Shown one piece after another: positions 42,289 to 53,068 of a DNA stretch of 64,000 nt. Source of the DNA: an uncultured Gammaproteobacteria bacterium (GTDB lineage: Bacteria > Patescibacteriota > Microgenomatia > Levybacterales > UBA12049); NCBI GenBank assembly GCA_964483115.1, contig CAYZZF010000003.1, positions 2,772 through 66,771 on the forward strand. Reading direction: 5' to 3'. The position numbers and the translations under genes were made by a program. Below the pieces are notes generated by a model. The model saw only the letters and a list, made by a program, of their open reading frames with translations, had not been told where the DNA came from and did no database searches. The stretch's first letter is position 1, and every line of letters starts with the position of its first letter.

Positions 42289-42870
42289 ATGATTACAGAT
42301 TCAGGAGAAATTCAACGTGAGCCAGAACCGCAAACACCTAGCATCAAACCATTTTTGTATGGCATAGAAAAAGATGAACCTTCATGGAGAACAGAAGGTT
42401 GCGAGATTTGGAAAAGTTCAGATATTGGAGTTAAAAGTTTGGGAATGGTTCAGGCATTTATTTTAACCCCAAGAGACGAACAGGCATTTGAAGAAAGTCC
42501 CGAATTTGCAAGAAACAGACCGGTTTACGTAGTAGATACAACAGGGGAGGTCAAGGACGGCTTATCTCAAGATTATTTCTTAAAAGATTATGGAGCTTTA
42601 CGGATAAGCCTTCGGCCCCCAGAAAAAATTTCCCATGAATTATATGAGCAAAAAGATTTATCTGGAAAAAAAATTCCTAAGGTGAACGTCGGAATCATTG
42701 TTTGGATTTCTGAAGAAAAAAAGTTTAAATCTTCAATAAAAAATATTCTAATTGAAGGTTCAGCATATGAATACAGATTAATAGATAAAACAGGCAGGTT
42801 GCAAACAAAAAAACCTTTACTTGTTCGTTTAGATGAAGATCTTTTAAGAAAAATAAATATTTCCTTTTAA
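42289..42870 (+). CDS. Hypothetical protein
   Basis: 193-aa ORF packed tightly between gyrB and ppa. Confidence 0.65.
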   Translation: MITDSGEIQREPEPQTPSIKPFLYGIEKDEPSWRTEGCEIWKSSDIGVKSLGMVQAFILTPRDEQAFEESPEFARNRPVYVVDTTGEVKDGLSQDYFLKDYGALRISLRPPEKISHELYEQKDLSGKKIPKVNVGIIVWISEEKKFKSSIKNILIEGSAYEYRLIDKTGRLQTKKPLLVRLDEDLLRKINISF

Positions 42871-42892
42871 ACTCCAAGAGGAATACTAAACA

Positions 42893-43408
42893 ATGACTAT
42901 TAAAAATCTAAAAGTTGGTAAAAATCCGCCGGAGGAAATAAATGTTTTTATAGAAATACCGCAGGGTGTTTCGGTTAAATATGAACTTGATAAAAATTCA
43001 GGCGTTATTTTTGTGGACAGATTTCTTTATACCGAAATGGAATATCCTTTTAATTACGGGTTTATTCCAAATACTTTGTATGACGATGGAGATCCGGTTG
43101 ATGTTCTTGTGCTTGCGAGCAAACCCGTCGCGCCCGGCGTGGTTATTCCATCCCATCCAATAGGAATGCTTGAGATGGAAGATGAAGCAGGAACTGATAA
43201 CAAAATAATCGCAGTGCCGCTTGCAAAGGTTGATCCGAAATTTAAAGATTATAACGATATCTCAGATATCCCAGAAAAAACAAAAAATGAAATTAAATAT
43301 TTTTTTGAGAATTACAAAAAAACCGAGCCGGGTAAGTGGGTAAGACTTAAAGACTGGAAAGGGAAAAAAGAAGCATTAGAAGAGATCAGACGGTCAATTA
43401 AACCCTGA
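42893..43408 (+). CDS. ppa: Inorganic pyrophosphatase (family I)
   Basis: KYELDK, VDRFL, YPFNYG, DGDPVD, FFENYK..EPGKWV. Confidence 0.97.
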   Translation: MTIKNLKVGKNPPEEINVFIEIPQGVSVKYELDKNSGVIFVDRFLYTEMEYPFNYGFIPNTLYDDGDPVDVLVLASKPVAPGVVIPSHPIGMLEMEDEAGTDNKIIAVPLAKVDPKFKDYNDISDIPEKTKNEIKYFFENYKKTEPGKWVRLKDWKGKKEALEEIRRSIKP

Positions 43409-43412
43409 CTCC

Positions 43413-43528
43413 AAAATTACAAATTCCAAATAAATTACATTTTCTAAATTCTAATTTCTAAAATTTTGAGTTTTGGTTATTTGAATTTAGATATTATTTG
43501 AAATTTGGTGCTTTGAATTTGGAATTTT
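43413..43528 (+). repeat. Heptamer-built palindromic element (MITE-like), copy 1
   Basis: Left arm AAATTCC-type units with AAATAAATTACA; right arm GATATTATTTGAAATTTGGTGCTTTGAATTT. Confidence 0.75.
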
Positions 43529-43534
43529 TTATTT

Positions 43535-46066
43535 ATGGTTGACATTGGTAAAGTAAATAAAGCTGAGATAACCAGAGAGATGAAGAAGGCGTATCTTGAT
43601 TACGCGATGTCGGTTATCGTAGCTCGCGCTCTCCCTGATGTCCGCGATGGATTAAAACCAGTACACCGAAGGATCCTTTATGCAATGCACGAGATGGGGC
43701 TACAACACAGTGCAAAATATGCAAAATCAGCAAAAATTGTTGGAGAGGTTATGGGAAAATACCACCCTCATGGAGATATGCCTATTTATGATGCATTAGT
43801 CCGTCTTGCACAGGATTTTTCCATGAGATATCCATTGGTTGACGGACAAGGAAATTTTGGCTCGATGGACGGAGACCCACCGGCTGCAATGAGATACACA
43901 GAAGCACGCTTGGCTTCGATAACAGCAGAGATGCTTTATGATCTTGATAAAGAAACCGTTGACTATCTTGATAATTTTGACGCAACTCTTAAAGAACCTG
44001 TCTTTCTGCCAGCAAAACTTCCAAACCTTCTCCTTATGGGTTCTGAAGGAATCGCGGTTGGAATGGCAACTAAAATTCCACCCCATAATCTAGGAGAAGT
44101 TATAGACGCAATTATCTTCATAATTGATAAAACAAAAGTATCACCAGGAGAAAAGGCGCCAAATGGAGAGACTAAAACAAAAACTTACGATACGTTTGAT
44201 ACTTCCAATACTTTTTCTACTTTTACCAATAACGTTACTATTGATGAACTTTTGGAATTTATAAAAGGTCCTGATTTCCCAACAGGAGGAGCTATTTATG
44301 ATATGAGCGAGATAAAGAACGTATACGCAACCGGCAAGGGGCGCATATTAATTCGCGGTAAGGCAGAAATTGAAGATATAGGACAGGGAAAATCCGCAAT
44401 TATAGTTACAGAATTGCCTTATCAGATAAATAAAGCCCTGCTCGTTGCACGAATTGCAGATCTTGCAAAAGAAAAAAAGATAGAAGGAATTTCCGATCTT
44501 AGAGATGAATCAGACAGACATGGCATTCGAGTAGTTATTGAACTTAAAAGGGATGCGGCTCCCAGAAAAGTCTTAAATAATTTATACAAACATACCGGTC
44601 TTCAGACTGTTTTTCCGGCAAACATAGTAGCCCTTATCGATGGGACACCACAAACTCTTAATCTTAAAACGATTCTTGAGGAGTATTTGAAACATAGATT
44701 CCTAGTTATAAATAGGAGATCGGAGTTTGAGTTAAGACAGGCAAAAGCAAGGCTACATATTTTGGAAGGTCTGAGAATTGCAGTAGATAATATTGACACT
44801 GTAATTGAAACCATCAAAAAATCCCGCGATCAGGAAGATGCCAAAAACAACTTAATTACCAGATTTAAACTAACAGAAATTCAGGCAACCGCAATTTTGG
44901 ATATGCAACTTAGAAGATTGGCGGCACTTGAGCGGCAAAAAATTGAGGATGAATACATAATGGTTAGAGAAGATATTGCCTATCTAGAAGATCTTCTTGC
45001 AAATCCTAAAAAAATTCTTATAGTGATTAAGGACGAAATTTTAAAAGTAAAAGAAAGGTATGCTGACCCAAGACGAACCAAGGTGTTTAAAAGCAAAGTC
45101 GGAGAATTTTCAGACGAAGATCTTATCCCCAATGAACCAACTGTTATAACTTTGACAGAGACAGGCTATATAAAAAGGCAAAGTCTTGCCTCATTTAAGA
45201 CTCAACAGAGAGGAGGAAAAGGCGTAAAAGGAATGACTACAAAAGAGGAGGATAGCATTGTTTCTATCCGTTACGCAGAAGCTCATGACAACATTTTGTT
45301 CTTTACAAATCGAGGAAAAGTTTACCAGCTTAAAGCTTATGACATAAACGAATCGACAAGAACAAGTAAGGGCACTGCAATTGTTAATCTTTTAAATATA
45401 GAACAGGAAGAAAAAGTAGAGTCATTTATAAATTATGGAAAAACCGATAAAGGAGAGTATATATTTTTAACGACCAGAAAAGGTACTGTCAAAAAATCTA
45501 AAATTTCTGAATTTGAAAATATTAGAAGAAATGGAATTGTTGCAATCAAGCTTGATAAAGGAGACGAGCTGGCTTGGAGCAAGCTTACTAATGGACAAAA
45601 TGATATTATTCTTGCGACAAGAAATGGAAAGGCGATTAGATTTTCCGAAAAAAGTGTCCGGCCCACAGGCAGAGCTACAATGGGGGTGCGTGGAATAAAA
45701 CTTGACGGCGATGATATGGTTATTGGCATGGACATTATTGACAAAAGAGATACAGAAACGGATCTTCTGACAATTATGGAGAGTGGTCTTGGCAAAAAAA
45801 CAGCTTGCAAACTCTTTAGAGGGCAATCAAGGGGAGGAAAAGGTGTAAAAGTAGCAAAAGTCACTGCGAAAACTGGAAAAGTAGTTCTGGCCCAAGTAAT
45901 TCCTGCAAGTTCTAAGGAAATTATAATAACATCCAAAAGGGGACAGGTGGTAAAACTTGAAATTTCGTCAATCCCCAGACTTTCCCGTAACACTCAGGGG
46001 GTAATCTTAATGCGCTTCTCAAATCTAAGTGATTGCGTAGCCTCTGCAACTTTTGTCGAGAAATAA
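43535..46066 (+). CDS. gyrA: DNA gyrase subunit A
   Basis: [25 protein letters not shown], GyrA-box QQRGGKG. Confidence 0.98.
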   Translation: MVDIGKVNKAEITREMKKAYLDYAMSVIVARALPDVRDGLKPVHRRILYAMHEMGLQHSAKYAKSAKIVGEVMGKYHPHGDMPIYDALVRLAQDFSMRYPLVDGQGNFGSMDGDPPAAMRYTEARLASITAEMLYDLDKETVDYLDNFDATLKEPVFLPAKLPNLLLMGSEGIAVGMATKIPPHNLGEVIDAIIFIIDKTKVSPGEKAPNGETKTKTYDTFDTSNTFSTFTNNVTIDELLEFIKGPDFPTGGAIYDMSEIKNVYATGKGRILIRGKAEIEDIGQGKSAIIVTELPYQINKALLVARIADLAKEKKIEGISDLRDESDRHGIRVVIELKRDAAPRKVLNNLYKHTGLQTVFPANIVALIDGTPQTLNLKTILEEYLKHRFLVINRRSEFELRQAKARLHILEGLRIAVDNIDTVIETIKKSRDQEDAKNNLITRFKLTEIQATAILDMQLRRLAALERQKIEDEYIMVREDIAYLEDLLANPKKILIVIKDEILKVKERYADPRRTKVFKSKVGEFSDEDLIPNEPTVITLTETGYIKRQSLASFKTQQRGGKGVKGMTTKEEDSIVSIRYAEAHDNILFFTNRGKVYQLKAYDINESTRTSKGTAIVNLLNIEQEEKVESFINYGKTDKGEYIFLTTRKGTVKKSKISEFENIRRNGIVAIKLDKGDELAWSKLTNGQNDIILATRNGKAIRFSEKSVRPTGRATMGVRGIKLDGDDMVIGMDIIDKRDTETDLLTIMESGLGKKTACKLFRGQSRGGKGVKVAKVTAKTGKVVLAQVIPASSKEIIITSKRGQVVKLEISSIPRLSRNTQGVILMRFSNLSDCVASATFVEK

Positions 46067-46070
46067 TAGA

Positions 46071-46940
46071 ATGAAAATTGATGGAAAGATTATCGCACAA
46101 CAAATTTTAGAAGATTTAAAAAACAAAACTAAGGAGCTTAAAAAGGGGGGGGTAGTACCTCATCTTCATGTAATTACGTTGACTTCTGATGCGACTTCAA
46201 ATGCTTACGTTTCGCAAAAGAAAATAAGGGGGGAGGAGATTGACGCAAAAATCACTGTTGAAAATTTAAGTTCGGGAACTCAAATAGAGATTCTTCTTAA
46301 AAAAATAAAAAAATTAAACAATGATTCGAAAGTTCACGGAATAATTGTCCAAAGACCTTTACCTTCGCAGATTGATGAAACTAAAATTGCAAAAGCTATA
46401 AATCCTAGAAAGGATGTGGATGGTTTTCATCCTAATTCTAAATTAACTCCGCCAGTAGCTCTTGCTGTCTTAAAAATTCTTCAAAAAATTCACGACTTAA
46501 TAACCGGTGAGTCTGCCCGGCCAAGAGTCATTGCACGAAAATATAAAAATTTTGATGAATGGTTAAGATCAAAAAAAATAACAGTAATCGGTAGGGGTAT
46601 AACAGCTGGCAAACCAATCATTAATGGTCTAAAAAAATTAGGGATTGAACCCTTAATTATTAGCAGCAAGACGAAAAATTCTAAAGACATCTTAAAAAAC
46701 TCAGATGTAGTAATTTCTGCAGTCGGAAAACCCATTGTTAAAAAAAATGAATTAAAAAATGGCGTGGTTTTAATTGGAGTAGGGATGTTTAAAGACAAAA
46801 ACGGTAGATTCAAAAGCGACTATGATGAAGATGAAATAAAAGATGTTGCTTCTTTTTATACTCCAACACCAGGAGGAGTCGGTCCTATCAACGTCGCCAT
46901 GCTCTTGAAAAATTTAATCACAGCGTCAGAAAGATCTTGA
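46071..46940 (+). CDS. folD: Methylenetetrahydrofolate dehydrogenase/cyclohydrolase
   Basis: VHGIIVQRPLP, P.KDVDG, TP.PGGVGP. Confidence 0.93.
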   Translation: MKIDGKIIAQQILEDLKNKTKELKKGGVVPHLHVITLTSDATSNAYVSQKKIRGEEIDAKITVENLSSGTQIEILLKKIKKLNNDSKVHGIIVQRPLPSQIDETKIAKAINPRKDVDGFHPNSKLTPPVALAVLKILQKIHDLITGESARPRVIARKYKNFDEWLRSKKITVIGRGITAGKPIINGLKKLGIEPLIISSKTKNSKDILKNSDVVISAVGKPIVKKNELKNGVVLIGVGMFKDKNGRFKSDYDEDEIKDVASFYTPTPGGVGPINVAMLLKNLITASERS

Positions 46941-46975
46941 CTTGACGGGACTACCGGATTCTGCTAATCTTAATT

Positions 46976-47003
46976 CTAGAACTCAAAAAGTTCTAGGTTT
47001 TTT
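46976..47003 (+). terminator. Intrinsic terminator after folD
   Basis: CTAGAACT-CAAAA-AGTTCTAG followed by G and a T run. Confidence 0.65.
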
Positions 47004-47069
47004 ATGCGGAAAAGGAGTCTCTGGTAAAATTAGAAGATTCTGAATCCAAACATAATAATCTATAATAAA

Positions 47070-47822
47070 ATGATGAATAAACTGCAGAATAAATTTATTT
47101 TTCTCATAATTCAGTGTTTTATAACATTTTTTATTTTAATCCTGGGCATTTTTATTTATGGTAAAATTTTTGGTCCAATTTCTATTTCCATAAATGAACA
47201 AGTTCCAAAAAGAACATTTGAAGTAGAAGGAACAGGGAAAACTACGGTTGTTCCAAATGTTTTCCAAATAGAGTTCTCGGTAAATGAAACTGGCAGTACC
47301 CAGAAAGAGGCACAAAATAAAGGAAACGATAAATTAGATAAGGCAATTTCAGAGCTTATATCAATTGGTATTTCTAAAAAAGATATTCAAACAATAGGTT
47401 ATTATGTAAATCCGAATTATGATTTTACGGAAGGCAGGAGGATTACGGGCTATTCCATTAATATAAATACGAGTGTTAAATCAAAAAATATAGATAAAAT
47501 AAATAAGTCGCTTGACAAATTAATAGAACTGGGTATAAATGTTGGCGGAATAAATTACACGGTCGAAGATGAAGAAAGCTATAAATCGAAAGCAAGACAG
47601 CTTGCTGTTGACGATGCAAGAAAAAAAGCACAGGATTTTGCCAAAGCTACTGGTTTTAAATTAGGTAAAATAGCATCTATCAAAGAAGTAACGGAGCCAA
47701 GAATTTTACCGACTTTAGCCAAATCCACCATATCCCAAGTAGAGGGTGGAGGAACCAACATCCAACCCGGATCAACAGACATTACTTCAAAAATAACCAT
47801 CTCTTATTATATTGAAGACTAG
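47070..47822 (+). CDS. SIMPL (DUF541) domain protein
   Basis: TM; V.GTGK..V.P, DIQT..Y.V.P.Y, AR..A..DAR.KA...A...G.KLG, PG. Confidence 0.88.
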   Translation: MMNKLQNKFIFLIIQCFITFFILILGIFIYGKIFGPISISINEQVPKRTFEVEGTGKTTVVPNVFQIEFSVNETGSTQKEAQNKGNDKLDKAISELISIGISKKDIQTIGYYVNPNYDFTEGRRITGYSININTSVKSKNIDKINKSLDKLIELGINVGGINYTVEDEESYKSKARQLAVDDARKKAQDFAKATGFKLGKIASIKEVTEPRILPTLAKSTISQVEGGGTNIQPGSTDITSKITISYYIED

Positions 47823-47879
47823 ATTATTTATACCCACTGTAGAAGACTTCGTGGACCATTCAGTAAACTTCGGCTAAAC

Positions 47880-48809
47880 TCACTTGTTGCCAGAATGAAA
47901 GGCCTCGTGCACATCTCTTAGTTGTTTATTTGTTACGTGTGTATAAATTTGTGTGGTTGAGATATTTTTGTGACCCAACATTTCCTGGACAGAGCGAAGA
48001 TCTGCTCCATTTGTTAACAAATCGGTCGCAAAAGAATGGCGAAGTGTATGAACTGTAGCATCAACTGGAAGACGAGCTGCTCTTACATATTTTTTTACAA
48101 TTCTTTCAATACTTCTTGCTGTAAGTCTCATTTTTTCACCGCGGTTTTCGGGAATTTCCCTGCCTGAATATCTAATAAAAAGAGGGTTGTAGATATCCTC
48201 GCGCGTATGTAGATATTCCGAAAGCCATTTTGCCGCGCGATCTGATATGAAGACAACTCTTGCCCGCCCTCCTTTGCCAATTATACCAAATTCCCGCCTT
48301 TCCAAATTTATTTTATCTCGATTCAAAGAAATAAGTTCTGATACGCGAAGACCGGTAGAGAAGAGAAGTTCTAAAATTGCTCTATCTCTTTTCCCTTCAA
48401 TTGAATCTGTATCAATCGAAATCACCAGTCTATCAACTTGATCCTTGTCTAAAAACTTAAGCGAGCGACTTTCTGTTTTTGGCAAATCAATTTTTGACGG
48501 CTCAAGAGTTTCATGGTCATTTTTAATTAAGTATCTCAAAAAAGAACGCAAAGCAATTATATAGTAATTTTGAGTCACTCTTTTTAGACTCAACCCCTTT
48601 TCATCAACTCTATTTGATAAAAAAACTCGATATTTTCTTATAATTGATAAATTTAAATTCTCTATGCTTTTTCCAGATTGAGTAGAAGAGAACCAGTCTT
48701 TAAAAACATCAAGGTAATGTCGATAGTCTCTTATAGTAAGTTTTGAACAGTTTCTCTCAACCTCAAGATATTCAAGAAACTCACCAATAAGCTCAGGCAG
48801 TTGTTTCAT
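47880..48809 (-). CDS. Xer-family tyrosine recombinase
   Basis: RDRAILELLFSTGLRVSEL, GKGG, HTLRHSFAT, LGH...TTQIYT. Confidence 0.95.
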   Translation of the reverse strand: MKQLPELIGEFLEYLEVERNCSKLTIRDYRHYLDVFKDWFSSTQSGKSIENLNLSIIRKYRVFLSNRVDEKGLSLKRVTQNYYIIALRSFLRYLIKNDHETLEPSKIDLPKTESRSLKFLDKDQVDRLVISIDTDSIEGKRDRAILELLFSTGLRVSELISLNRDKINLERREFGIIGKGGRARVVFISDRAAKWLSEYLHTREDIYNPLFIRYSGREIPENRGEKMRLTARSIERIVKKYVRAARLPVDATVHTLRHSFATDLLTNGADLRSVQEMLGHKNISTTQIYTHVTNKQLRDVHEAFHSGNK

Positions 48810-49007
48810 TATTAAATTATAGTATAGTAAGTTTCTTTAAAAAAGTCCATTATACGACGCTAGTAGCCCCACAATGGAAGCATAATTGTGCGACGGAAGA
48901 ATTCTATTGTCAACTTCTCGCAAACTAACGAAAAGCGAACTAGCGATATAACTAACTAACTCCGTCGTCTTGACAAATTTCTAATATAGACTAATACTAA
49001 ATATATC

Positions 49008-50444
49008 ATGCAAAACTTGGGCCTTATCCCTGTTGTTTTCCAAAAAAATAAATCAGGAAAATTTAAAAGAAATTATGAATTAGAATATAAAGATTGCCTT
49101 AACTATATAGATTCTTATTGGAAGAAAATTATTTATAAACCTGTAAGAAAAAAAATAAACCACAATTTTCTGACTATTCCTTATAATTTTGTTACGCCCA
49201 ATGATAAAAAATTTTCCTATATATTTTACTGGGACACTTTTTTTATATTTCGAGGTCTTATGGGCACTAAAAGAGAATGGATTATAAAAGATATGGTAGA
49301 AAACTTTGCTTATATTTTCCAAAAATATGGTATAATTCCGAATTTTAATTCCCAAGCTTCAATTGGTAGATCTCAGCCGCCTTTTCTATCCTCAATGATT
49401 CTTGACGCTTACAGAACCTTTAATAACGGTAACGGCACTTTGCCTAAAATGACTTTCGTAAAAAAGTTTCTACTTAATCCTATAGAAACTTTCGGACACA
49501 TAAATTGGTTAAGAGAGAAGACTGAAATCGCAAGAAAAGAATATGACCACGTTTGGAATAATTCCGCTTTATATAATCATTTTGTAAAAAAATATGCTCT
49601 AAACAGATACGGAGATAGAGATATTGGCTATGCTCAGTCTTCAGAACTTGAGTCGGGATGGGACTTTACTTCAAGATTCTACAGCAGATGTAATGAGTTT
49701 TTGCCGATTGACCTTAACTGCTATCTTTATAAATATGAAAAAGATTTTGAGATAGTAGCATCGCTTTTGGGTAAAAGGGATGAGGCGGATTATTGGGTAA
49801 ACGTCTTAAGAAAACGAAAAAATGCGATAAATAGACTTATGTGGAACGAAGAAAAAGGCTTTTTCTTTGATTATGGATATGCTAAAAAGAGTCAAAGTAA
49901 ATTTTATTCATTGGCTGGGTTTACGCCTCTTTGGGTAGGAATAGCATCGTATGATCAGGCAAAAAAAATGCTTGATAACCTGAAATATTTTGAAGGTGAA
50001 TATGGTCTTTTTGTAACTTCCAAAAAGTCTTCACCTCCTAAGATTAATATGAAAAGAATTCCCGTCAGACTAAGATACACAATTGAAGAAGTTATAAAAC
50101 CAAAGCAATGGGACTATCCAAACATTTGGCCTCCTTTAGAATATCTTACGGTTATTGGGCTTTTAAACTATGGGTTTATAGAAGATGCAAAACGTATTAT
50201 GCAAAAATCTCTCAAGGCGCATGCGCAGATTTTTCGAAAATATAAAACATTTTTTGAAAGAATAGATGGGATAAAATGCGAGAAACCACAAGATTCAGAA
50301 TATCCAGTTCAGGAAGGCTTTGGCTGGACAAACGCTATTTTTTATCGCTTCGTCAAAATTCTTCAGGCGCTTGAGGATGGAGTAGATATCTACAGTTTTC
50401 CCAAAAATGAAATTCCCCCCCATGATCTTGCAATACTATATTGA
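49008..50444 (+). CDS. Trehalase (GH37)
   Basis: FYWD.FF, RSQPP, ESGWDFTSR, QWDYPN.WPP, GFGWTN. Confidence 0.92.
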   Translation: MQNLGLIPVVFQKNKSGKFKRNYELEYKDCLNYIDSYWKKIIYKPVRKKINHNFLTIPYNFVTPNDKKFSYIFYWDTFFIFRGLMGTKREWIIKDMVENFAYIFQKYGIIPNFNSQASIGRSQPPFLSSMILDAYRTFNNGNGTLPKMTFVKKFLLNPIETFGHINWLREKTEIARKEYDHVWNNSALYNHFVKKYALNRYGDRDIGYAQSSELESGWDFTSRFYSRCNEFLPIDLNCYLYKYEKDFEIVASLLGKRDEADYWVNVLRKRKNAINRLMWNEEKGFFFDYGYAKKSQSKFYSLAGFTPLWVGIASYDQAKKMLDNLKYFEGEYGLFVTSKKSSPPKINMKRIPVRLRYTIEEVIKPKQWDYPNIWPPLEYLTVIGLLNYGFIEDAKRIMQKSLKAHAQIFRKYKTFFERIDGIKCEKPQDSEYPVQEGFGWTNAIFYRFVKILQALEDGVDIYSFPKNEIPPHDLAILY

Positions 50445-50476
50445 CAAATTATATCTATATTTATTAATATGATTTT

Positions 50477-51100
50477 ATGAGAGAACAAAAAAGTGATTTG
50501 CTAAAATCTAGGGTATCTCGCAGGACCTTTTTGCGTGGCGCTGTCATAGCAGGAGGAGCAGCAGTCGCAACGGGAACAGCTATCATTGCGGTAGGCGAAG
50601 GGAATGGTTTAAGAATTCTCCGTGCAATAGAAGAAAGTTTTGCAGGTCCGAGAAATACAGCTTACGGAAAATATCTAACTCGTCAGGAGGATGGAACATT
50701 TACGATAACTCAAACTCCTCAAGTTGAAAGGGTAAGCTATGTGCCTCTTTTTGATCCAAACATTGAGTACGGGAACGAGAGAAAAATCCTTATTCACCGC
50801 GATCCTTGGATTGGCAGCGCAGGTAATCCAGGAAAATATGTTTTGCCAAATGAAATAAAAACACCGTATGCAGTAAGAATTGCTGGCGGCACATATATTT
50901 CATCAACAGGTGCAGGAGAAGTTAAGATCCGCTATGAAGGGAAGGATCGAATCATAGGTGAGTGGTTTGCGCCCTCCAATGAGCAAGGAACTCCACTTAA
51001 TTTAAATGGTGAACCATTACAAGAAGGTGAAAAACCATACTATATTGCAGCAAACTTTGTTACTGTTGAAAAATCCATGTATCCATCTACACAAAAATAA
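50477..51100 (+). CDS. Hypothetical protein with twin-arginine-like N-terminus
   Basis: VSRRTFLRG followed by a hydrophobic Ala/Gly stretch. Confidence 0.65.
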   Translation: MREQKSDLLKSRVSRRTFLRGAVIAGGAAVATGTAIIAVGEGNGLRILRAIEESFAGPRNTAYGKYLTRQEDGTFTITQTPQVERVSYVPLFDPNIEYGNERKILIHRDPWIGSAGNPGKYVLPNEIKTPYAVRIAGGTYISSTGAGEVKIRYEGKDRIIGEWFAPSNEQGTPLNLNGEPLQEGEKPYYIAANFVTVEKSMYPSTQK

Positions 51101-51325
51101 ATTCCCTAAGTCAGGATATAATGGTCCCCATCCTTCCTCTATACCTTGAAAATGTCCTGCATTTTAACAAATCATTTATAGGATTCACGAAGGACTTGTC
51201 ACAAGTAGTGCAAGTATTCATAGAATTATAGCCGGATTTTTGTCTTATAAATTAAAAGCCAGAAAACCAATTATATGCTTGGGGTACTTTAATGGTAGCC
51301 TCGTAGAGCAGTTTTAAAAAATTTT

Positions 51326-52273
51326 TTAAGATTTTTCTTTAGGTCTTACTAAATTTCGGCCTTTTAAATTTGCAAATGCAAGTCCCCGAATAACCCTATC
51401 AATTTCAACATAAGGAAAGAAATACTCTATTGGATGATCAATTTTTCTTCTATAAGAAGGTTCTCGTAGAGCGTTTATGAACGCATAAGTCATAAAAGGC
51501 AATATACTAGCCCATGCAATATTATATTCATTAAGTCCGCCAATAACCAACCATAGAGGTGGCACCGAGCCATGAATAACAGACAAAGTCAGGTCGGATA
51601 TAAAATGGGGATTTTTTTCAGAAGTTAATTTTTCTCTGATTATTATTTCAGAAAATGCAGCCCTTAAACAGCTGTTAACCCTTTTAATAAATCTTCTATC
51701 AAGAGGTTTTTGGCTCCTTTGTCTTACAAGGCCGTCCAAAATTTCTTGTCCCGCAATTTCGATTCGCCAGCCTTCAGGAATTGGTTTTACCAAAGCTTCC
51801 GGGCTTCTTTCATCTTCTAATTTTTCTCCCCAAAATAATCCTTTTCGTCCTGTAACTGAGCCATCAGAATTGACACCTGTAATTGAATACCTCCTATCGA
51901 TAGGCAAATCAGTCATTATAATTTTCCCTTCAATCCCTGCAACTTTTATTAATCTTTCTGCATTATTCCTATTTAACTGCATCTGTGCAGCAAATGGTCC
52001 GCCATAAAGATTTACAAATTTCTGTTGCGACGGCTCTGGTTCATCCAAAAAAGGCACCCGGCCATTTTGCCCAAGTTTCCGGTCTTGACCTTTTGATCTC
52101 CTGTTAAAAATCGTAAATTCTTTCATTGACACTGCTTCTTGAGTTGACTCTTGTCTTAAACCAGCAGAAAATTCCTTATCAGTCATCCTTTTCTCAGGAG
52201 CTCCAAATGACCTAAAAGCAGAATACCCTGATTCTTCTAAAGAGAAAGTTCTATGATTTGTTTCCTTGTTCAT
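51326..52273 (-). CDS. Hypothetical protein with two C-terminal TM segments
   Basis: GGAGG SD before ATG at 52273; no motif recognised. Confidence 0.7.
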   Translation of the reverse strand: MNKETNHRTFSLEESGYSAFRSFGAPEKRMTDKEFSAGLRQESTQEAVSMKEFTIFNRRSKGQDRKLGQNGRVPFLDEPEPSQQKFVNLYGGPFAAQMQLNRNNAERLIKVAGIEGKIIMTDLPIDRRYSITGVNSDGSVTGRKGLFWGEKLEDERSPEALVKPIPEGWRIEIAGQEILDGLVRQRSQKPLDRRFIKRVNSCLRAAFSEIIIREKLTSEKNPHFISDLTLSVIHGSVPPLWLVIGGLNEYNIAWASILPFMTYAFINALREPSYRRKIDHPIEYFFPYVEIDRVIRGLAFANLKGRNLVRPKEKS

Positions 52274-52470
52274 TTTGCCTCCAATTATAACACAATATTT
52301 TGAAAAATTAAAAACAATAAATCCCATAGTAGGGGATTGAGTAAAATAAAAATTAAAAGAGAAAATATAAAAAAGAGAATAGATAATTTAGAATAATAAA
52401 ATAAAAATATTTTATTTTTTATATTTTATTTTATATTTTAAGTACTTCTCCGAGAAGTCCTACCTGAGTG

Positions 52471-52498
52471 GTGTCGTAAAAGTATTATTGTACGACAT
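52471..52498. other. Candidate dif (chromosome dimer resolution) site
   Basis: GTGTCGTAAAA-GTATTA-TTGTACGACAT: 11-6-11 with arms 9/11 inverted; at gene-orientation convergence; Xer gene 3.7 kb away. Confidence 0.6.
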
Positions 52499-52509
52499 AA
52501 TCATTCACG

Positions 52510-52860
52510 CTTCCCGTGCTCTAGGATATCAGAAATTTTTCCTAAAGCATACTTGGGGAGAAATAGGATAAAGAAATCTATCAAGAGGTTAATTCTTTAC
52601 TTTCCTCTATAAAAATTGTAATTAAATTTAACTTAATAAATCTAATAATTCTTTCTCTTTTCCGCGACTGTCAACTAGTATTCAATTTAGATTGAAAAAG
52701 CAATCTAAATGTTAATTTTTAGCCTCAGAAATTATAAAAAAATTATGTAAGAAATCTTACAAAGAGAAACGTTAGGAGGAGCCCGTTCGTATTTTGTTAT
52801 AAGTTTTTTATCCTTCTGATATGGGATTGATATATAATAGATATGGCAAAACGGGAAAGT
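52510..52860. ncRNA. Putative large structured non-coding element, class unknown
   Basis: Three nested long-range complementarities plus internal hairpins in an ORF-free region. Confidence 0.35.
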
Positions 52861-53068
52861 CTGTGAAAATTGAGCCAATAAATTGTGAAAATTAAATATA
52901 AGTTCATAAAGTTATAAAAGTTATCCACATCCGCCAGCTTGACTAATATCCTATAATATTTTTTAATTAGTATATCAAACTATATCACTTGTTCGTCTCT
53001 AAAATTATTTGAATATCCCATGACAATTACACTCTCCCCTTTCCCCTTTTCCGTCTTATCTATTTTTT

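Noticed and set aside
45433-45993. 186-aa antisense ORF in gyrA and similar antisense ORFs elsewhere
   Set aside because: Shadows of conserved genes with no independent motifs
47880-48809. Prophage integrase
   Set aside because: 309 aa Xer-like size and motifs, with no phage genes or att repeats nearby
52450-52610. RNase P RNA or tmRNA
   Set aside because: GAGGAAAGT on the minus strand is not followed by CC and no matching P4 3' strand was seen; no tRNA-like ends
52330-53060. oriC candidate (AT-rich tract; TTATCCACA at 52921-52929)
   Set aside because: Only one perfect DnaA box, no dnaA nearby, and genes converge on rather than diverge from this region; a terminus fits better, pending GC skew
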